The notes: a model not told the origin generated them from the letters alone. 64,000 bases of DNA from an uncultured Candidatus Binatia bacterium (GCA_964291295.2 OZ219754.1:3040001-3104000); one strand, 5' to 3'. Shown: positions 46,392 to 59,793, numbered from the stretch's first letter. Program-made: numbers and translations.

Positions 46392-47672
46392 TCAGGTACG
46401 GATCTGTCCGTCGCCGAACACGAAGAACTTGGTGCTGGTGAGCTCTTCCAGTCCCATGGGGCCGAAGGCGTGGATCTTGCTGGTGCTGATGCCGATCTCC
46501 GCCCCGAGGCCGAGCTCGCCGCCGTCATTGAAACGAGTGGAGGCGTTGACCAGGACGGCGGAGGAGTGGACCCGCGCCACGAACTCCCGGGCCCTGGCGC
46601 GGTTCGCGGTCACGATGGTCTCGGTGTGATCCGAACCGTACTTGCGGATGTGCTCAATGGCCTCGTCCATGTCCGCCACCACCCGCACCGCCAGCACGAG
46701 ATCCAGATATTCCTCGTGCCAGTCCTGCTCGCCGGCCGGCGCCACGTCAGGTCGCAGCGCGCGGGTCTTTTCGCAGCCGCGCACCTCCACTCCGTTCTCC
46801 TTCAGCCTCCCGACGATGCCGGGCAGGAACCGCGACGCCACCGCCTGATGGACCAGCAGGGTCTCCATGGCGTTGCACACCGAGGGCCGCTGCACCTTGG
46901 CGTTGAGGGAGATCCGCTCCGCCATGTCCAGATCCGCGTCACTGTCCACGTAGACGTGGCACACCCCCTTGTAGTGCTTGATCACCGGCACCCGGGAGTT
47001 GGCGGCGACGAACCGGATGAGCGCTTCGCCACCCCGGGGTATGACCAGGTCCACGTATTCCTCAAGCTTCAGCAGCTCGTGGACCATCGCTCGGTCGGCG
47101 GACGCCACCACCTGAACCGCATCTTCCGGTGCTCCCGCACGCGCACAGGCCTCCCGCAAAACCTCGCCGATGGCCCGGTTGGAAGACATCGCCTCGCTGC
47201 CGCCCCTGAGGATCAACGCGTTGCCCGACTTGAGACACAGAGAGGCGGCGTCTGCGGTGACATTGGGGCGAGCCTCGTAGATGATGGCGACGACCCCCAG
47301 CGGTATGCGCATCTTCCCCACTTCCAGGCCGTTGGGACGCTGCCATGTCCGGGTGACCTGCCGCACCGGATCGGGCAGGCCGGCGATGTCCCGCATGCCC
47401 GCGGCCATGGCCGCCACCCGTGAAGGATTCAATGTGAGACGATCCATCACCGCCCGGGAAAGACCCTTCCCCTCGGCACCGGCCACATCCCGGGCGTTCT
47501 CGGCCAGCAGGAAATCCTGCCGCGCCTCGATGCCGTCGGCCATGGCCGCAAGGATGCGATTCTTCACCTCGGTGGACAGGTTGGCGAGGGCGCCGGCCGC
47601 TTCCCTGGCGCGCGCGCCCATGGCCCGTGCTTCGTCGGCCCACACCATGACTTCCTCCGGTTCAACCCCCAC
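46392..47672 (-). CDS. proA: Gamma-glutamyl phosphate reductase
   Basis: PLGVVAIIYEARPNVT, CNAMETLL, NASTRFNDG, GISTSKIHAFGPMGL. Confidence 0.96.
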   Translation of the reverse strand: MGVEPEEVMVWADEARAMGARAREAAGALANLSTEVKNRILAAMADGIEARQDFLLAENARDVAGAEGKGLSRAVMDRLTLNPSRVAAMAAGMRDIAGLPDPVRQVTRTWQRPNGLEVGKMRIPLGVVAIIYEARPNVTADAASLCLKSGNALILRGGSEAMSSNRAIGEVLREACARAGAPEDAVQVVASADRAMVHELLKLEEYVDLVIPRGGEALIRFVAANSRVPVIKHYKGVCHVYVDSDADLDMAERISLNAKVQRPSVCNAMETLLVHQAVASRFLPGIVGRLKENGVEVRGCEKTRALRPDVAPAGEQDWHEEYLDLVLAVRVVADMDEAIEHIRKYGSDHTETIVTANRARAREFVARVHSSAVLVNASTRFNDGGELGLGAEIGISTSKIHAFGPMGLEELTSTKFFVFGDGQIRT

Positions 47673-47694
47673 GGTTCAGCCCCCGTCACCCGGA

Positions 47695-49891
<2,197 letters not shown>

Positions 49892-49915
49892 TCATGGACC
49901 GCGGCGATGTTCGCG

Positions 49916-49980
49916 AGAACCGAGGACGCCAGGACTGATGACGTCAGAACAGAGGATTTCAGGACAGAGAAAAGGACAGG
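49916..49980. repeat. Degenerate 15-bp purine-rich tandem repeat between rpmA and obgE
   Basis: AGAACCGAGGACGCC / AGGACTGATGACGTC / AGAACAGAGGATTTC / AGGACAGAGAAAAGG. Confidence 0.6.
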
Positions 49981-50072
49981 TGGAACAAGGGGACAGGGGG
50001 CATGACGGGAATGAAGCAACGGCACGGGCATGGAAGCCGCGGACGCGAGCCGTCGTGCGCGCGGGACGGCTT

Positions 50073-50327
50073 TCAGGCGGGAACCACGGCGACGCGCTTG
50101 CGCGAACGTCCCCAGCGTTGATACTCCACCACGCCCTCCACCAGCGCGAACAGGGTGTAGTCCCGCCCCATGCCGACATTCCTGCCCGGATGGATCCGGG
50201 TGCCGAGCTGGCGGACGAGGATGTTGCCCGCCTTGACGTGCTGTCCGCCGTAGCGCTTGACGCCGCGCCTCTGTCCCTGACTGTCGCGACCGTTGCGTGA
50301 GCTTCCGCCCGATTTCTTGTGCGCCAT
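50073..50327 (-). CDS. rpmA: 50S ribosomal protein L27
   Basis: [16 protein letters not shown]...[10 protein letters not shown]. Confidence 0.98.
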   Translation of the reverse strand: MAHKKSGGSSRNGRDSQGQRRGVKRYGGQHVKAGNILVRQLGTRIHPGRNVGMGRDYTLFALVEGVVEYQRWGRSRKRVAVVPA

Positions 50328-50340
50328 CGGTTGTTCCCGC

Positions 50341-50667
50341 CTATGACCGGATTTCGATGATTCTCAGGGTGGTCTGCATCTGACGGTGGCCCTGTTTCCG
50401 CTTGTAACCCTTCCGCCTCTTCTTCTTGAAGACGATGATCTTCCTGTCGAGTCCCTGCTTGACGATCTCCGCCGTGACCTCGGCCTGTTCCACCGTCGGG
50501 GTACCGATCCGGACCGGCTCGCCGTCGTCGCCGCCGCTCACCAGCAACACGTCGGCAAGGGTCACGGTGGCGCCCACATCGCCTCCCAGACGCTCCACGT
50601 CCACCAGTTCGCCCTCGGCGACCCGGTATTGCTTCCCGCCCGTCCTTACAACCGCATAACGTTCCAT
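50341..50667 (-). CDS. rplU: 50S ribosomal protein L21
   Basis: [13 protein letters not shown]...FKKKRRKGY...GHRQ. Confidence 0.98.
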   Translation of the reverse strand: MERYAVVRTGGKQYRVAEGELVDVERLGGDVGATVTLADVLLVSGGDDGEPVRIGTPTVEQAEVTAEIVKQGLDRKIIVFKKKRRKGYKRKQGHRQMQTTLRIIEIRS

Positions 50668-50678
50668 CGTCGCATGAA

Positions 50679-50707
50679 TTTGTAATGGACAACGCCGTTG
50701 ATGTCAA
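50679..50707 (-). promoter_or_regulatory. Sigma70-type promoter for rplU-rpmA
   Basis: Minus strand TTGACA-N17-TACAAA, very close to the rplU start. Confidence 0.5.
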
Positions 50708-52470
50708 ACCCCCGCGCCCTTTACGTCCAGCAACCGCAACTCCATGGCGCAGGTGCCCTGCCACTCGTTCTCCCTCAACCGGTAGGCGACGTCCACGTGG
50801 TCGTTGACGCGGACCGGGAGTTCCCCCGGAGGGCCGAAAGCCACCGCGGTCACGGTACGTTCGCCGTGTCCGAGACGAAAGCGGGAGACCGCGTTGAAGT
50901 CGCGGCGCTCGCGCACCTCCACGCCCCGAGTCTGGAACACCGGTTCCGGATTGCCCACCCCGAAAGGACCCAGGTGGCGCATCTGCCGCACCAGCCCCAA
51001 GCTCAACTGCCGGAAGTCCACCTCGGCGTCGACGTCGAGGCAGGGCAGCAGATCCTCGTCGCTCAGGACCTCCCGCGCCACCTCTTCGAAACGTCCGGCA
51101 AAGGCCTCGAGCCTCTCCTCCCGGATGCTCAGACCGCCGGCATGCTCATGGCCGCCGAAGCGTTCCAGCAGATCCTCGCACCGGCGCATGGCCCGGACCA
51201 TGTGGAAACCGCGGATGCTTCGTCCCGAGCCCTTGCCCTCGCCGTCGTCGAGCCCGATAACGACGGTGGGGCGGTGAAACCGTTCAACCACGCGCGAGGC
51301 CACGATCCCGAGCACGCCGGGATGCCAGCCCCGGCGCGCCACGACGATGGACCGGCAATGGTGGAGACGCCGCTCCTCGATCTGCGCCAGCGCCTCATCC
51401 AGCACCTGCGCCTCGGTCTCCCGCCGATCCCGGTTGTGGCCGTCCAGTTCCCGGGCGATCTCCTCGGCGGTGGCCCGGGAATCGGTGGTGAGCATCTCCA
51501 CCACTTTCATCGCCGCATCCATGCGGCCGGCGGCGTTGATGCGCGGGCCGAACTGGAACGCCACGGTGCCGGCATCCAACGCGCCTTCGCGCACCCCCAC
51601 GACCTCCCGCAGCGCCACGATGCCCGGCCGGGTCGAACTCCCCAACTCCATCAGGCCCCGGCGCGTCAATACCCGGTTGGCGCCGCGCAGCGGCACCATG
51701 TCGGCGATGGTGCCCAGGGTCACGATGTCCAGGTGGCGGCGGATGTCCGGCACCGCGTCGGGCTCGAACCAGCCGGACTCGCGCAGCGCCGCCCGCAGGC
51801 CAATGACAAGATAGAAGGCCAGCCCCGCCGCGCAAAGGCCCTTGTCCGGGAAGGCGCAGTCGGTCTGCTGGGGGTTGATGACGGCCGCCGCCGCCTCCGG
51901 AAGACGCTCCGGCAACTGGTGGTGGTCGACGATCACCACATCCATGCCCAAGCCCCGGGCCAGCGCCACCTCGCCGGCGTTGGAGATGCCGCAGTCCACG
52001 GTGATGATGAGCGTCACGTCACGGGAATGGAGATGCTCGATCCCCTGCCGGCTCATGCCGTAGCCCTCGTCGATCCGATGCGGGATGTAGAACATCGGCT
52101 CGCGCCCGATTTCCCGTAGAAACGACACCAGGACCGCGGCGCCGGTGGTGCCGTCCACGTCGTAGTCGCCCCACACGCAGACCCGCTCACGGTCATGCAA
52201 CGCGCGGCAGATGCGCCGCACCGCCGGGTCCATTCCCGCCAACAGATGAGGCGGGGGCAGGTCGGCGCTCAGGCTGGACGACAGGAAGCGCCGGGCGGCG
52301 TCCGGCTCCGCAAACCCGCGCTGTACGAGAATCCGGGCGAGCAACAACGGCAGCCCGAGCTCCCGGGCCAGCCGCGCGGCCGCGTCCGCGTCCGTCTCCT
52401 TGAGGATCCAGCGCTTGGGAGCGTCGTTCAACTCGAGCCTGGCCGGGTTACCGCCTGCGGCCTTTTTCAA
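50704..52470 (-). CDS. recJ: ssDNA exonuclease RecJ
   Basis: GDYDVDG, ITVDCG, IVDHH, LGTIADMVPL, PRINAAGR, GGHEHAGG. Confidence 0.96.
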   Translation of the reverse strand: MKKAAGGNPARLELNDAPKRWILKETDADAAARLARELGLPLLLARILVQRGFAEPDAARRFLSSSLSADLPPPHLLAGMDPAVRRICRALHDRERVCVWGDYDVDGTTGAAVLVSFLREIGREPMFYIPHRIDEGYGMSRQGIEHLHSRDVTLIITVDCGISNAGEVALARGLGMDVVIVDHHQLPERLPEAAAAVINPQQTDCAFPDKGLCAAGLAFYLVIGLRAALRESGWFEPDAVPDIRRHLDIVTLGTIADMVPLRGANRVLTRRGLMELGSSTRPGIVALREVVGVREGALDAGTVAFQFGPRINAAGRMDAAMKVVEMLTTDSRATAEEIARELDGHNRDRRETEAQVLDEALAQIEERRLHHCRSIVVARRGWHPGVLGIVASRVVERFHRPTVVIGLDDGEGKGSGRSIRGFHMVRAMRRCEDLLERFGGHEHAGGLSIREERLEAFAGRFEEVAREVLSDEDLLPCLDVDAEVDFRQLSLGLVRQMRHLGPFGVGNPEPVFQTRGVEVRERRDFNAVSRFRLGHGERTVTAVAFGPPGELPVRVNDHVDVAYRLRENEWQGTCAMELRLLDVKGAGV

Positions 52471-53344
52471 AGAAGAGAATCGTCGGTGTGGCCACGAAGA
52501 TGGTGGAGTAGAGCCCGGCCAGGAAGCCGACGAACAGCGTGAAGGCGAAAGGCCGGATCACGCCGCCGCCCAGGACCAGAAGCGCGGTCAACACCAGGAG
52601 CGATGTCACCGTGGTCAGGATGGTCCGGCCCAGGGTTTCGTTGATGCTGGCGTTGATGATCTTCTCCATGGGGTCGCGGCGGTGCTTGCGCATGTTCTCG
52701 CGGATGCGGTCGCAGATGACCACGGTGTCGTTGACCGAGTATCCGGCGATGGTCAGGATCGCCGCGACGATGGGAAGATCGAACTCGAAGCCGGCGACGA
52801 TCAGCGCCCCGACCGTTATCAGCACGTCGTGGATCAGGGCCACGATGGCGCCCAGCCCGAAGCGCAGCTCGAAGCGCAGCCAGATGTACGCGCCCATCAT
52901 GATGGTGGCGAAAATGACCGACAGGATGCCCCGGCGCCGGAGGTCGTCGCCCACCTTGGGTCCTACGGACTCCACCCGCAGCACTTCGTAGGAGCCCTCG
53001 CCGAACGCGCCGTCGAGAACCTCCCGGATGTCCTTGCCCACCGTGCCGACCTGGGCGGCGGACTTCTCGATGCGGATCAGATACTCGCCGGTGCCGCCGC
53101 CGCCGAAATCCTGCACCACGCCGCCCAGCGGCGACTGCCGCATGACGGTGCGCAACTGTCCGATGGTGACCGTATCCGCGAGCTTGACGTGCACCATGGT
53201 GCCGCCTTCGAAATCCACTCCCAGGTTCGGGCCCTTGGTGAACAGCAGCAGCAGCACGGCGACGATGAGCACCGACGAGACCACGAAACCCCATCGGCGG
53301 TAGCTCAAGAACGGTATCCGGGTTCCCGGCCTGATGATCTCCAT
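52448..53344 (-). CDS. secF: Protein translocase subunit SecF
   Basis: NLGVDFEGG, VGPKVG, HDVLIT, GYSVNDTVVICDRIRE. Confidence 0.96.
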   Translation of the reverse strand: MEIIRPGTRIPFLSYRRWGFVVSSVLIVAVLLLLFTKGPNLGVDFEGGTMVHVKLADTVTIGQLRTVMRQSPLGGVVQDFGGGGTGEYLIRIEKSAAQVGTVGKDIREVLDGAFGEGSYEVLRVESVGPKVGDDLRRRGILSVIFATIMMGAYIWLRFELRFGLGAIVALIHDVLITVGALIVAGFEFDLPIVAAILTIAGYSVNDTVVICDRIRENMRKHRRDPMEKIINASINETLGRTILTTVTSLLVLTALLVLGGGVIRPFAFTLFVGFLAGLYSTIFVATPTILFFEKGRRR

Positions 53345-53406
53345 AGTCTTCGCAGTCCAGTCCGTGACAAGTCCGCCCACGTCGCCCATGCACGGGTTCC
53401 GGGAAC

Positions 53407-54987
53407 CTAGACGGAAAGTCGGGCCAGGTTCCGCCTGGCCAGCCGGTAGTCGTAGTAGATGCGGGTTCCGTACACCGCGGAAATCACCGTCGTGAGGATG
53501 CCGACGCACAGGGTCACGGCGAAACCGCGAATCGGACCGGTGCCGAACTGGAACAGGATCACGCCTGCCAGGAAGGTGGTCAGATTCGAGTCGAGGATGG
53601 CCGGTATGGCGCGCTCGTAACCCGTATCGATGGCCGAACGCGGCGGCTTGCCGTTCCTCACCTCTTCGCGAATGCGCTCGTTGATGAGCACGTTGGCATC
53701 GACGGCCATGCCCAGGGTCAGGATGATGCCGGCGATGCCCGGCAGGGTCAGCACCGCTTCGAAGCCCGCGAGAATCGCCATCATGAAGAAGATGTTCAAG
53801 ACCAGCGCGACGTCCGCCAACAGCCCCGCGCCACGGTAGTAGGCCGCCATGAAGATCAGTACGAGAACACTTCCGAGAATGAACGAGACGATCCCCTTCC
53901 GAACCGAGTCGCGCCCCAGGGACGGCCCGACAGTGCGTTCCTCGATGATTCGGACCGGCGCCGGCAGCGCCCCGGCCCGGAGCACGATGGCCAGGTCCCG
54001 GGCCTCCTGAAAGTCGAAGCTCCCGGTGATGGAGGCCACACCCCCGGAAATCCGCTCGCGGATCTGCGGCGCGGAGTAGACCCGGCCGTCCAGGACGATG
54101 GCCAGCAGCCGTCCGACGTTCTCGGCGGTCAGGCGGTCGAAGGCCGTACTACCCACGGAGTTCAGTACCAACTCGACGTACAGGCCTTCAAGCTGGTCGC
54201 CCCGGCGGACGTTGGCATCGGCGATGGCCTCCCCGGTCATCAACGTCCTCGCTTCCAGGAGATACGGTATCTTCTCGCGCCGCACGCGTGCCGACGCCGT
54301 ACCCTCGTACCCGTACAGGATCTCACGTCCCGGCGGTGGTCCCGAGCGCGCGGCCTGTTCCGGGTCGCCGCGCTCGTCCACCAGCTTGAACTCCAGCAGC
54401 GCGGTCTTGCCGATGAGCGCCTTGGCCCGCTCCGGATCCTGGATTCCGGGCAACTGGACCAGGATGTCCCGCTGTCCCTGGCGCTGAATGGTGGGTTCGG
54501 TGACGCCGAACTGGTCAATGCGGTTGCGGATGGTCTCGACGGTCTGGTCCACGGCGAAGTTGCGGATACGGTCCAGTTCCCGGCTCGCGAAGACCGCCCG
54601 CAACTCGGCCCCGCCGGTGCCGGAGACGGCTGCCTGCAGTTGGGGAAACTCCGTGGCGACGATGCCCCGGATCCGTTCCAGATTGTCCGGTGAGGCGGCC
54701 ACCACCAGCTCCCGGGCGTCGTGGACGGTGAGCTCCTCGAAGGCGATGCCGCGGCCCCGCAACTCGTCGCGGAGGGCACTGCGAACCCTGCGCATGCGGT
54801 TCTCCACGGCTTTCGCCACCTCCACCTCCAGCACCAGATGCGACCCGCCCTGCAGATCCAGGCCGAGCCGGATACCGTTCTCCGGCAGGAACCACAGGCC
54901 GGAGACGAAGCTTGGCGCCAGGTAGGCTCCCGCCGCCAGCAGGCAGGCCACCAGCACCACCCCACGAATGACCAGACTTTGACGCAT
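53407..54987 (-). CDS. secD: Protein translocase subunit SecD
   Basis: RLGLDLQGG, RIDQFGVTEP, LRAGALPAP, GMAVDANVLINERIREE. Confidence 0.97.
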   Translation of the reverse strand: MRQSLVIRGVVLVACLLAAGAYLAPSFVSGLWFLPENGIRLGLDLQGGSHLVLEVEVAKAVENRMRRVRSALRDELRGRGIAFEELTVHDARELVVAASPDNLERIRGIVATEFPQLQAAVSGTGGAELRAVFASRELDRIRNFAVDQTVETIRNRIDQFGVTEPTIQRQGQRDILVQLPGIQDPERAKALIGKTALLEFKLVDERGDPEQAARSGPPPGREILYGYEGTASARVRREKIPYLLEARTLMTGEAIADANVRRGDQLEGLYVELVLNSVGSTAFDRLTAENVGRLLAIVLDGRVYSAPQIRERISGGVASITGSFDFQEARDLAIVLRAGALPAPVRIIEERTVGPSLGRDSVRKGIVSFILGSVLVLIFMAAYYRGAGLLADVALVLNIFFMMAILAGFEAVLTLPGIAGIILTLGMAVDANVLINERIREEVRNGKPPRSAIDTGYERAIPAILDSNLTTFLAGVILFQFGTGPIRGFAVTLCVGILTTVISAVYGTRIYYDYRLARRNLARLSV

Positions 54988-55016
54988 GTTCGTTATACCG
55001 AAAGGAGGATCCCGAA

Positions 55017-55349
55017 CTACCTGGCCTTGGCCTCCTTGGCCCCGGTCGTCTTCTCGACTCTGAGGAGTTGGGCGACATGGCTCCGACTCACCCTGATCCT
55101 GACATTGGGCGCGACCTCCAGGGTCAACTCGGTCTCCGTCAGATTCAACACCTTGCCGAAAACCCCGCCCGTCGTCATCACTTCGTCATTGCGCTTGAGC
55201 TGTGCCAGCATGTTGCGGTGCTCCCTGGCCTTGCGTTGTTGCGGCCGGATCAGAAGAAAATAGAAGACCGCGAAAATCAGCACCAGCGGCAGCATGCTGA
55301 TGAAGGTGCTGGGTCCACCTCCGGCCTGCGCGTAGGCTACGTCCCACAT
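55017..55349 (-). CDS. yajC: Preprotein translocase subunit YajC
   Basis: FYFLLIRPQQR, DEVMTTGG; located between tgt and secD. Confidence 0.95.
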   Translation of the reverse strand: MWDVAYAQAGGGPSTFISMLPLVLIFAVFYFLLIRPQQRKAREHRNMLAQLKRNDEVMTTGGVFGKVLNLTETELTLEVAPNVRIRVSRSHVAQLLRVEKTTGAKEAKAR

Positions 55350-55383
55350 GACATCCTCCGAGTTTCAGTGGTGCGGGCGCCCG

Positions 55384-56460
55384 CTACAACCTTTCCAGGC
55401 TCGACCCCTCCCGAATGGCTCCGCGCAGTCCCGCCATCAGCCGCTGATAGTAGCAGACGTTGTGCAGCGTGTTCAGGTAAGCCGCCAGGATCTCGCCGGC
55501 CGTATGGAGGTGGCGAAGATAGGCTCGCGAAAAATGCCGGCAACCGTAGCATGGGCAGCCTTCCTCCACCGGACGCGCGTCCGTGGCAAAGGCCGCGTTC
55601 TTGATGCTGAGCTTTCCGGTGGCAGTGTATAACGTACCGTTCCTGGCATTCCTCGTCGGCAGAACGCAATCGAACAGATCATAGCCGGACCGGACCCCAT
55701 GAATCAAGTCTTCCGGCTTTCCCAGGCCCATGAGATAGCGCGGCCGGTCTTCGGGCATCAGCCGGGCGGCAAGGCTGCCGATCTCGGCCAGCAGCGCCGG
55801 CCCCTCACCGATGCCCAGCCCCCCGGCGGCAAAGCCGTCGAACGGGAGGTCGCGCAACCGGGCGGCGCAATCCTCCCGAAGGTCCTGGAACACACCGCCC
55901 TGGATGATCCCGAAGAGCGCGCCGTCCGGGTTCCGCGCCACCTCCAGCGACCGTTGCGCCCAGCGGACGGTCCGGTCCGTGGACTGCCTGACATACTCGC
56001 GGCTCGACGGGTACGGGATGCACTCGTCCAGAACCATGGCCACGTCGACGCCCAGCGCCTGCTGGATGGCCACCACCCTCTCGGGGCTCAGGAAGTGCGA
56101 AGAGCCGTCCAGATGGGACCGGAAGGAGACCCCCTCCTCGGTGATCCTGCGCATGGCGGCAAGGCTCAACACCTGGTAGCCGCCGCTGTCGGTGAGGATC
56201 GGCCCCGGCCAGCCCATGAAGGCGTGCAGGCCTCCAAGGTCGCGGATGACATCCTCTCCGGGCCGCAGGTGCAGGTGGTAGGTGTTGCAGAGGATGATCT
56301 GGCTCGACACCTCCTGGAGATCCCGGGGCGAGAGCGCCTTGACCGACCCCCGGGTGCCCACCGGCATGAACGCGGGGGTTTCCACCACGCCGTGGGCGGT
56401 CTCCAGCAGGCCGGTCCTTGCCCGGCTGTGCGGGTGGTTGTCCGTAATCGTGAACTTCAT
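55384..56460 (-). CDS. tgt: tRNA-guanine transglycosylase
   Basis: TPAFMPVGT, NTYHL, TDSGGYQV, FDCVLPTRNAR, CPCYGC Zn site. Confidence 0.97.
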   Translation of the reverse strand: MKFTITDNHPHSRARTGLLETAHGVVETPAFMPVGTRGSVKALSPRDLQEVSSQIILCNTYHLHLRPGEDVIRDLGGLHAFMGWPGPILTDSGGYQVLSLAAMRRITEEGVSFRSHLDGSSHFLSPERVVAIQQALGVDVAMVLDECIPYPSSREYVRQSTDRTVRWAQRSLEVARNPDGALFGIIQGGVFQDLREDCAARLRDLPFDGFAAGGLGIGEGPALLAEIGSLAARLMPEDRPRYLMGLGKPEDLIHGVRSGYDLFDCVLPTRNARNGTLYTATGKLSIKNAAFATDARPVEEGCPCYGCRHFSRAYLRHLHTAGEILAAYLNTLHNVCYYQRLMAGLRGAIREGSSLERL

Positions 56461-56490
56461 GCGGGTGCGGAGCGGTCGAGGACGTCGCCG

Positions 56491-57528
56491 TCAGAGGATC
56501 AGCATGGCGTCGCCGTAGCTGTAGAACCGGTAGCCCTTGTCGATGGCCTCGGCATAGGCGCGGCGGACCCGGCCGAGACCGGCCAGCGCCGCCACCATGG
56601 CGAGGGGCGTCGAGCGCGGCAGGTGAAAGTTGGTGATGAGGGCGTCGATGCCGCGGAAGCGGTAGCCGCCGGTGATGAACAGCCGCGTGATGCCGGAGTC
56701 GGCCACCACCCTGCCCTTTCGCCGGACGATGCTCTCCAGCGTGCGGGTGGTGGTGGAACCCACGGCCACCACGCGTCGTCCCGCCGCCTTGGCCTGGCGG
56801 ATGCGCTCGGCCGCCGCCGCGCTCAGATCGTACCACTCGCCGTCCATGCGATGATGCTCCACCACCGCCTCCCGGACGGGACGGAAGGTTCCGAGACCCA
56901 CATGCAACGTCAGATACACGCTGTCGATGCCGGCCGCGGCCAGTTCGTCCAGCAGCGCCCGGGTAAAATGGAGGCCGGCGGTGGGCGCCGCCACCGAACC
57001 GGGCGTGGTGGCGTAGACCGTCTGGTAGCTTTCCTGGTCGCTCTCCCGGACGCGGCGCAGCCGCTGGATGTAGTGGGGCAGCGGTGCGGTCCCGATTTCG
57101 TCCAGCGCATGCCGAAAACGCCCGGGCGGCTCGAATCCGAGGCCGTAGCGGCCCGACCCGAGGTCCCCCAGCACCGTGGCCGTGATGGCACCGGAGAACA
57201 GAATGCGCCCGCCAACCCGCGGCTTCCTGGAGGCATCGACCAGCGCGAGCCAGAGTCCCCGGCTGGCGTCGAAGGGCTCCACCAGCAGCACCGTCACCCT
57301 GCCGCCGCTCTCCTTGCGCCCTTCGAGGCGCGCCGGGATCACTCTGGAGTCATTGAGCACCAGCAGATCGCCCGGGCAGAGGAACTCGCCCAGGGAGGCG
57401 AAGCCGGAATGGATGATGGCGTCCGATCGACGATCGACCACCATGAGACGGGCCGACACGCGGTCTTGCGCCGGGTACGCGGAAATCAGCGACTCGGGAA
57501 GCTCATAGGCCAGCTCTTCCAGCAGCAT
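56491..57528 (-). CDS. queA: S-adenosylmethionine:tRNA ribosyltransferase-isomerase
   Basis: YQTVYA, GSVAAPTAGLHFT, TLHVGLGTF, TNFHLPRST, YSYGDAM. Confidence 0.97.
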   Translation of the reverse strand: MLLEELAYELPESLISAYPAQDRVSARLMVVDRRSDAIIHSGFASLGEFLCPGDLLVLNDSRVIPARLEGRKESGGRVTVLLVEPFDASRGLWLALVDASRKPRVGGRILFSGAITATVLGDLGSGRYGLGFEPPGRFRHALDEIGTAPLPHYIQRLRRVRESDQESYQTVYATTPGSVAAPTAGLHFTRALLDELAAAGIDSVYLTLHVGLGTFRPVREAVVEHHRMDGEWYDLSAAAAERIRQAKAAGRRVVAVGSTTTRTLESIVRRKGRVVADSGITRLFITGGYRFRGIDALITNFHLPRSTPLAMVAALAGLGRVRRAYAEAIDKGYRFYSYGDAMLIL

Positions 57529-57659
57529 GCAACTCAGTCGCCCCCGGCGGCCCGTGCCCGGCGCACCAGGAAAGGTCTGGACAACCCCGTGTTCGCCGGG
57601 GCCGCATCAATGGGGCGCGAGCCGTTCAATGTCGCGCCATCGCCTTGTCCAGCCATTCC

Positions 57660-58427
57660 CTAAGTCGCGTCGTCATCCCGCTGGCGGTTCAGGAACGGCG
57701 TCAGCAGGTCCACCGGCACCGGGAAGATGGTGGTGGAGTTCTTGTCGCCGGCCACTTCCTGGAGGCTTTGCAGGAAGCGGAGCTGCATGGCCATGGGCTC
57801 CTTGGCGATGACCGTGGCGGCCTCCTGCAGCTTCTGGGAAGCCTGATATTCGCCATCGGCCAGGATGACCTTGGCCCGCCGCTCGCGCTCCGCCTCGGCT
57901 TGCCGGGCCATGGCGCGCTGCATTTCCTCCGGCAGATCGATGTGCTTGAGTTCGGTCAGCACGACCTTGATGCCCCAGGGATCGGTCTGCTCGTCGAGGA
58001 TCTTCTGGATGTCGGCGTTGAGGCGCTCCCGCTCCGACAGAAGCTGGTCCAGTTCCGCCTGTCCGCAGATGCTCCTCAAGGTCACCTGGGCGAGCTGCGA
58101 GGTGGCGAACAGGTAGTTGGCCACCTCCCGGACGGCCCGATTGGGATCCAGAACCCGGAAGTAGAGCACCGCGTTGACCTTCACCGACACGTTGTCCCGG
58201 GTGATGACGTCCTGGGAGGGCACGTCCATGGTGACGGTCCGAAGCTCGATCCGCTCCATCTTTTCGATGAAGGGAATCACGTAGATGAGTCCCGGGCCGC
58301 GGGAGGCGACCATGCGGCCAAGGCGGAAGATGACACCACGTTCGTATTCCTTGAGGATCTTGATACCGCTCAGCGCCAGACCGATGACGATGATCAGCAC
58401 GATGGCGATGGGTCCGATTTCGAGCAT
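57660..58427 (-). CDS. SPFH/stomatin-like (slipin) protein
   Basis: [36 protein letters not shown]. Confidence 0.93.
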   Translation of the reverse strand: MLEIGPIAIVLIIVIGLALSGIKILKEYERGVIFRLGRMVASRGPGLIYVIPFIEKMERIELRTVTMDVPSQDVITRDNVSVKVNAVLYFRVLDPNRAVREVANYLFATSQLAQVTLRSICGQAELDQLLSERERLNADIQKILDEQTDPWGIKVVLTELKHIDLPEEMQRAMARQAEAERERRAKVILADGEYQASQKLQEAATVIAKEPMAMQLRFLQSLQEVAGDKNSTTIFPVPVDLLTPFLNRQRDDDAT

Positions 58428-58467
58428 CCGTTTCTCCTGCGCCGCCGCAGCCTGACCGAGAGGCCGG

Positions 58468-59793
58468 TCACGCACCCGTGACGCGTCTGACCTTGAGTAT
58501 CATGCCGTCGTGTCCGACGACCTCGATCCGCTCCCCCGGCTCCAGCCGCTCCGGGCACGACGCGTTCCATATCTCGCCATGGACGAAGACCCTGCCCCCG
58601 GGGTCCAGCCGGTCCCGCACCTCGCCCACCTCGCCCACCAGACCCTCGTATCCCAGGGTCGCCCGCCGTCGCTGCGACTTCACCACCAGAAACGTGACCG
58701 CCAGCACGAACGCGCTCAGAGTACCCACCGCGGCCACGATGATGGAGCCGTCCACCGAGAGGTCGGAACCCTCCACGTCGAACAACAGCAGCGAACCCAG
58801 GCCAAGGGACACCACGCCGCTGATGCCGAGCAGCCCGAAACTCGGCAGGAACGCCTCGGCCACAAGCAGGCACAGCCCGAGGACCATGAGCAGCAGGCCG
58901 GCATAGTTGATGGGCAGTACCTGAAAGGACGCCAGCGCCAGCAGGAGCGCGATGCCGCCGGCGACGCCCGGGAAGAGCGCTCCGGGGTTCGAGAACTCCA
59001 TGTAAAGGCCCAGGATGCCCGCCATCATCAGCAGGTAGGCGACGTTGGGATGCGCCAGGATGTTGAGGACCTTGTGTTTCAGCCCCATCTCGAAGCGCAG
59101 CACGGACACGCCGTCGAAATCCAGGGTGCGCCGGACCCCGGCCACATCCACCTCGCGCCCGCTGGCCTGCTTCAGAAGATCACCCACGTCCAGCGCGATG
59201 AGGTCGATGACGCGCTTGTCCAGCGCCTCCTTGTCGGTGATGGAGATGCTCCGCCGCACCGCCTGAATCGCGAACTCGGTGTTGCGGCCGCGCCGCTGGG
59301 CAATGGTCTCGCTGAACGAAGCCGTGAAATTCTCGATCTTCTCGCCCATCACCCCCTTGACTTCCTCGCCTCCTCCCGCCACCGGATGGGCCGCGCCGAT
59401 GTTCGTGCCCGGAGCCATGGCGGCGACATTGGCCGCCATGGTGATGAACACCCCGGCGGAACCGGCGCCGGCGCCGCTGGGCGCAACGTAGACGATGACC
59501 GGCAGCGGCGCGCTCAGCATTTCCTTGACGATGGAACGCGTGGAGGACAGCAGGCCGCCGGGCGTGTCGAGCTGGATGATCAGGGCGCGGGCGTTGCCCT
59601 CGTGCGCCCGCTGGATGCTCTCGCGAATGTAGTCGTTGACCGCCGGGTTTATGCCGCCGTCGATGACGATGAGGTTGACGTGGGAGCCGGCGTCGGACTC
59701 GCGAGCCGCCTCTCCCGTGCCCGCGGCAACCCAGGCGATGCCCGCCAGCAGCAGCCACCACAACATGTGCGATCTCATGCGCCCGCGCCTCAT
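58468..59793 (-). CDS. nfeD: NfeD family membrane serine protease (long form)
   Basis: [27 protein letters not shown]-terminal OB fold (HGEIW); paired with the SPFH gene. Confidence 0.92.
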   Translation of the reverse strand: MRRGRMRSHMLWWLLLAGIAWVAAGTGEAARESDAGSHVNLIVIDGGINPAVNDYIRESIQRAHEGNARALIIQLDTPGGLLSSTRSIVKEMLSAPLPVIVYVAPSGAGAGSAGVFITMAANVAAMAPGTNIGAAHPVAGGGEEVKGVMGEKIENFTASFSETIAQRRGRNTEFAIQAVRRSISITDKEALDKRVIDLIALDVGDLLKQASGREVDVAGVRRTLDFDGVSVLRFEMGLKHKVLNILAHPNVAYLLMMAGILGLYMEFSNPGALFPGVAGGIALLLALASFQVLPINYAGLLLMVLGLCLLVAEAFLPSFGLLGISGVVSLGLGSLLLFDVEGSDLSVDGSIIVAAVGTLSAFVLAVTFLVVKSQRRRATLGYEGLVGEVGEVRDRLDPGGRVFVHGEIWNASCPERLEPGERIEVVGHDGMILKVRRVTGA

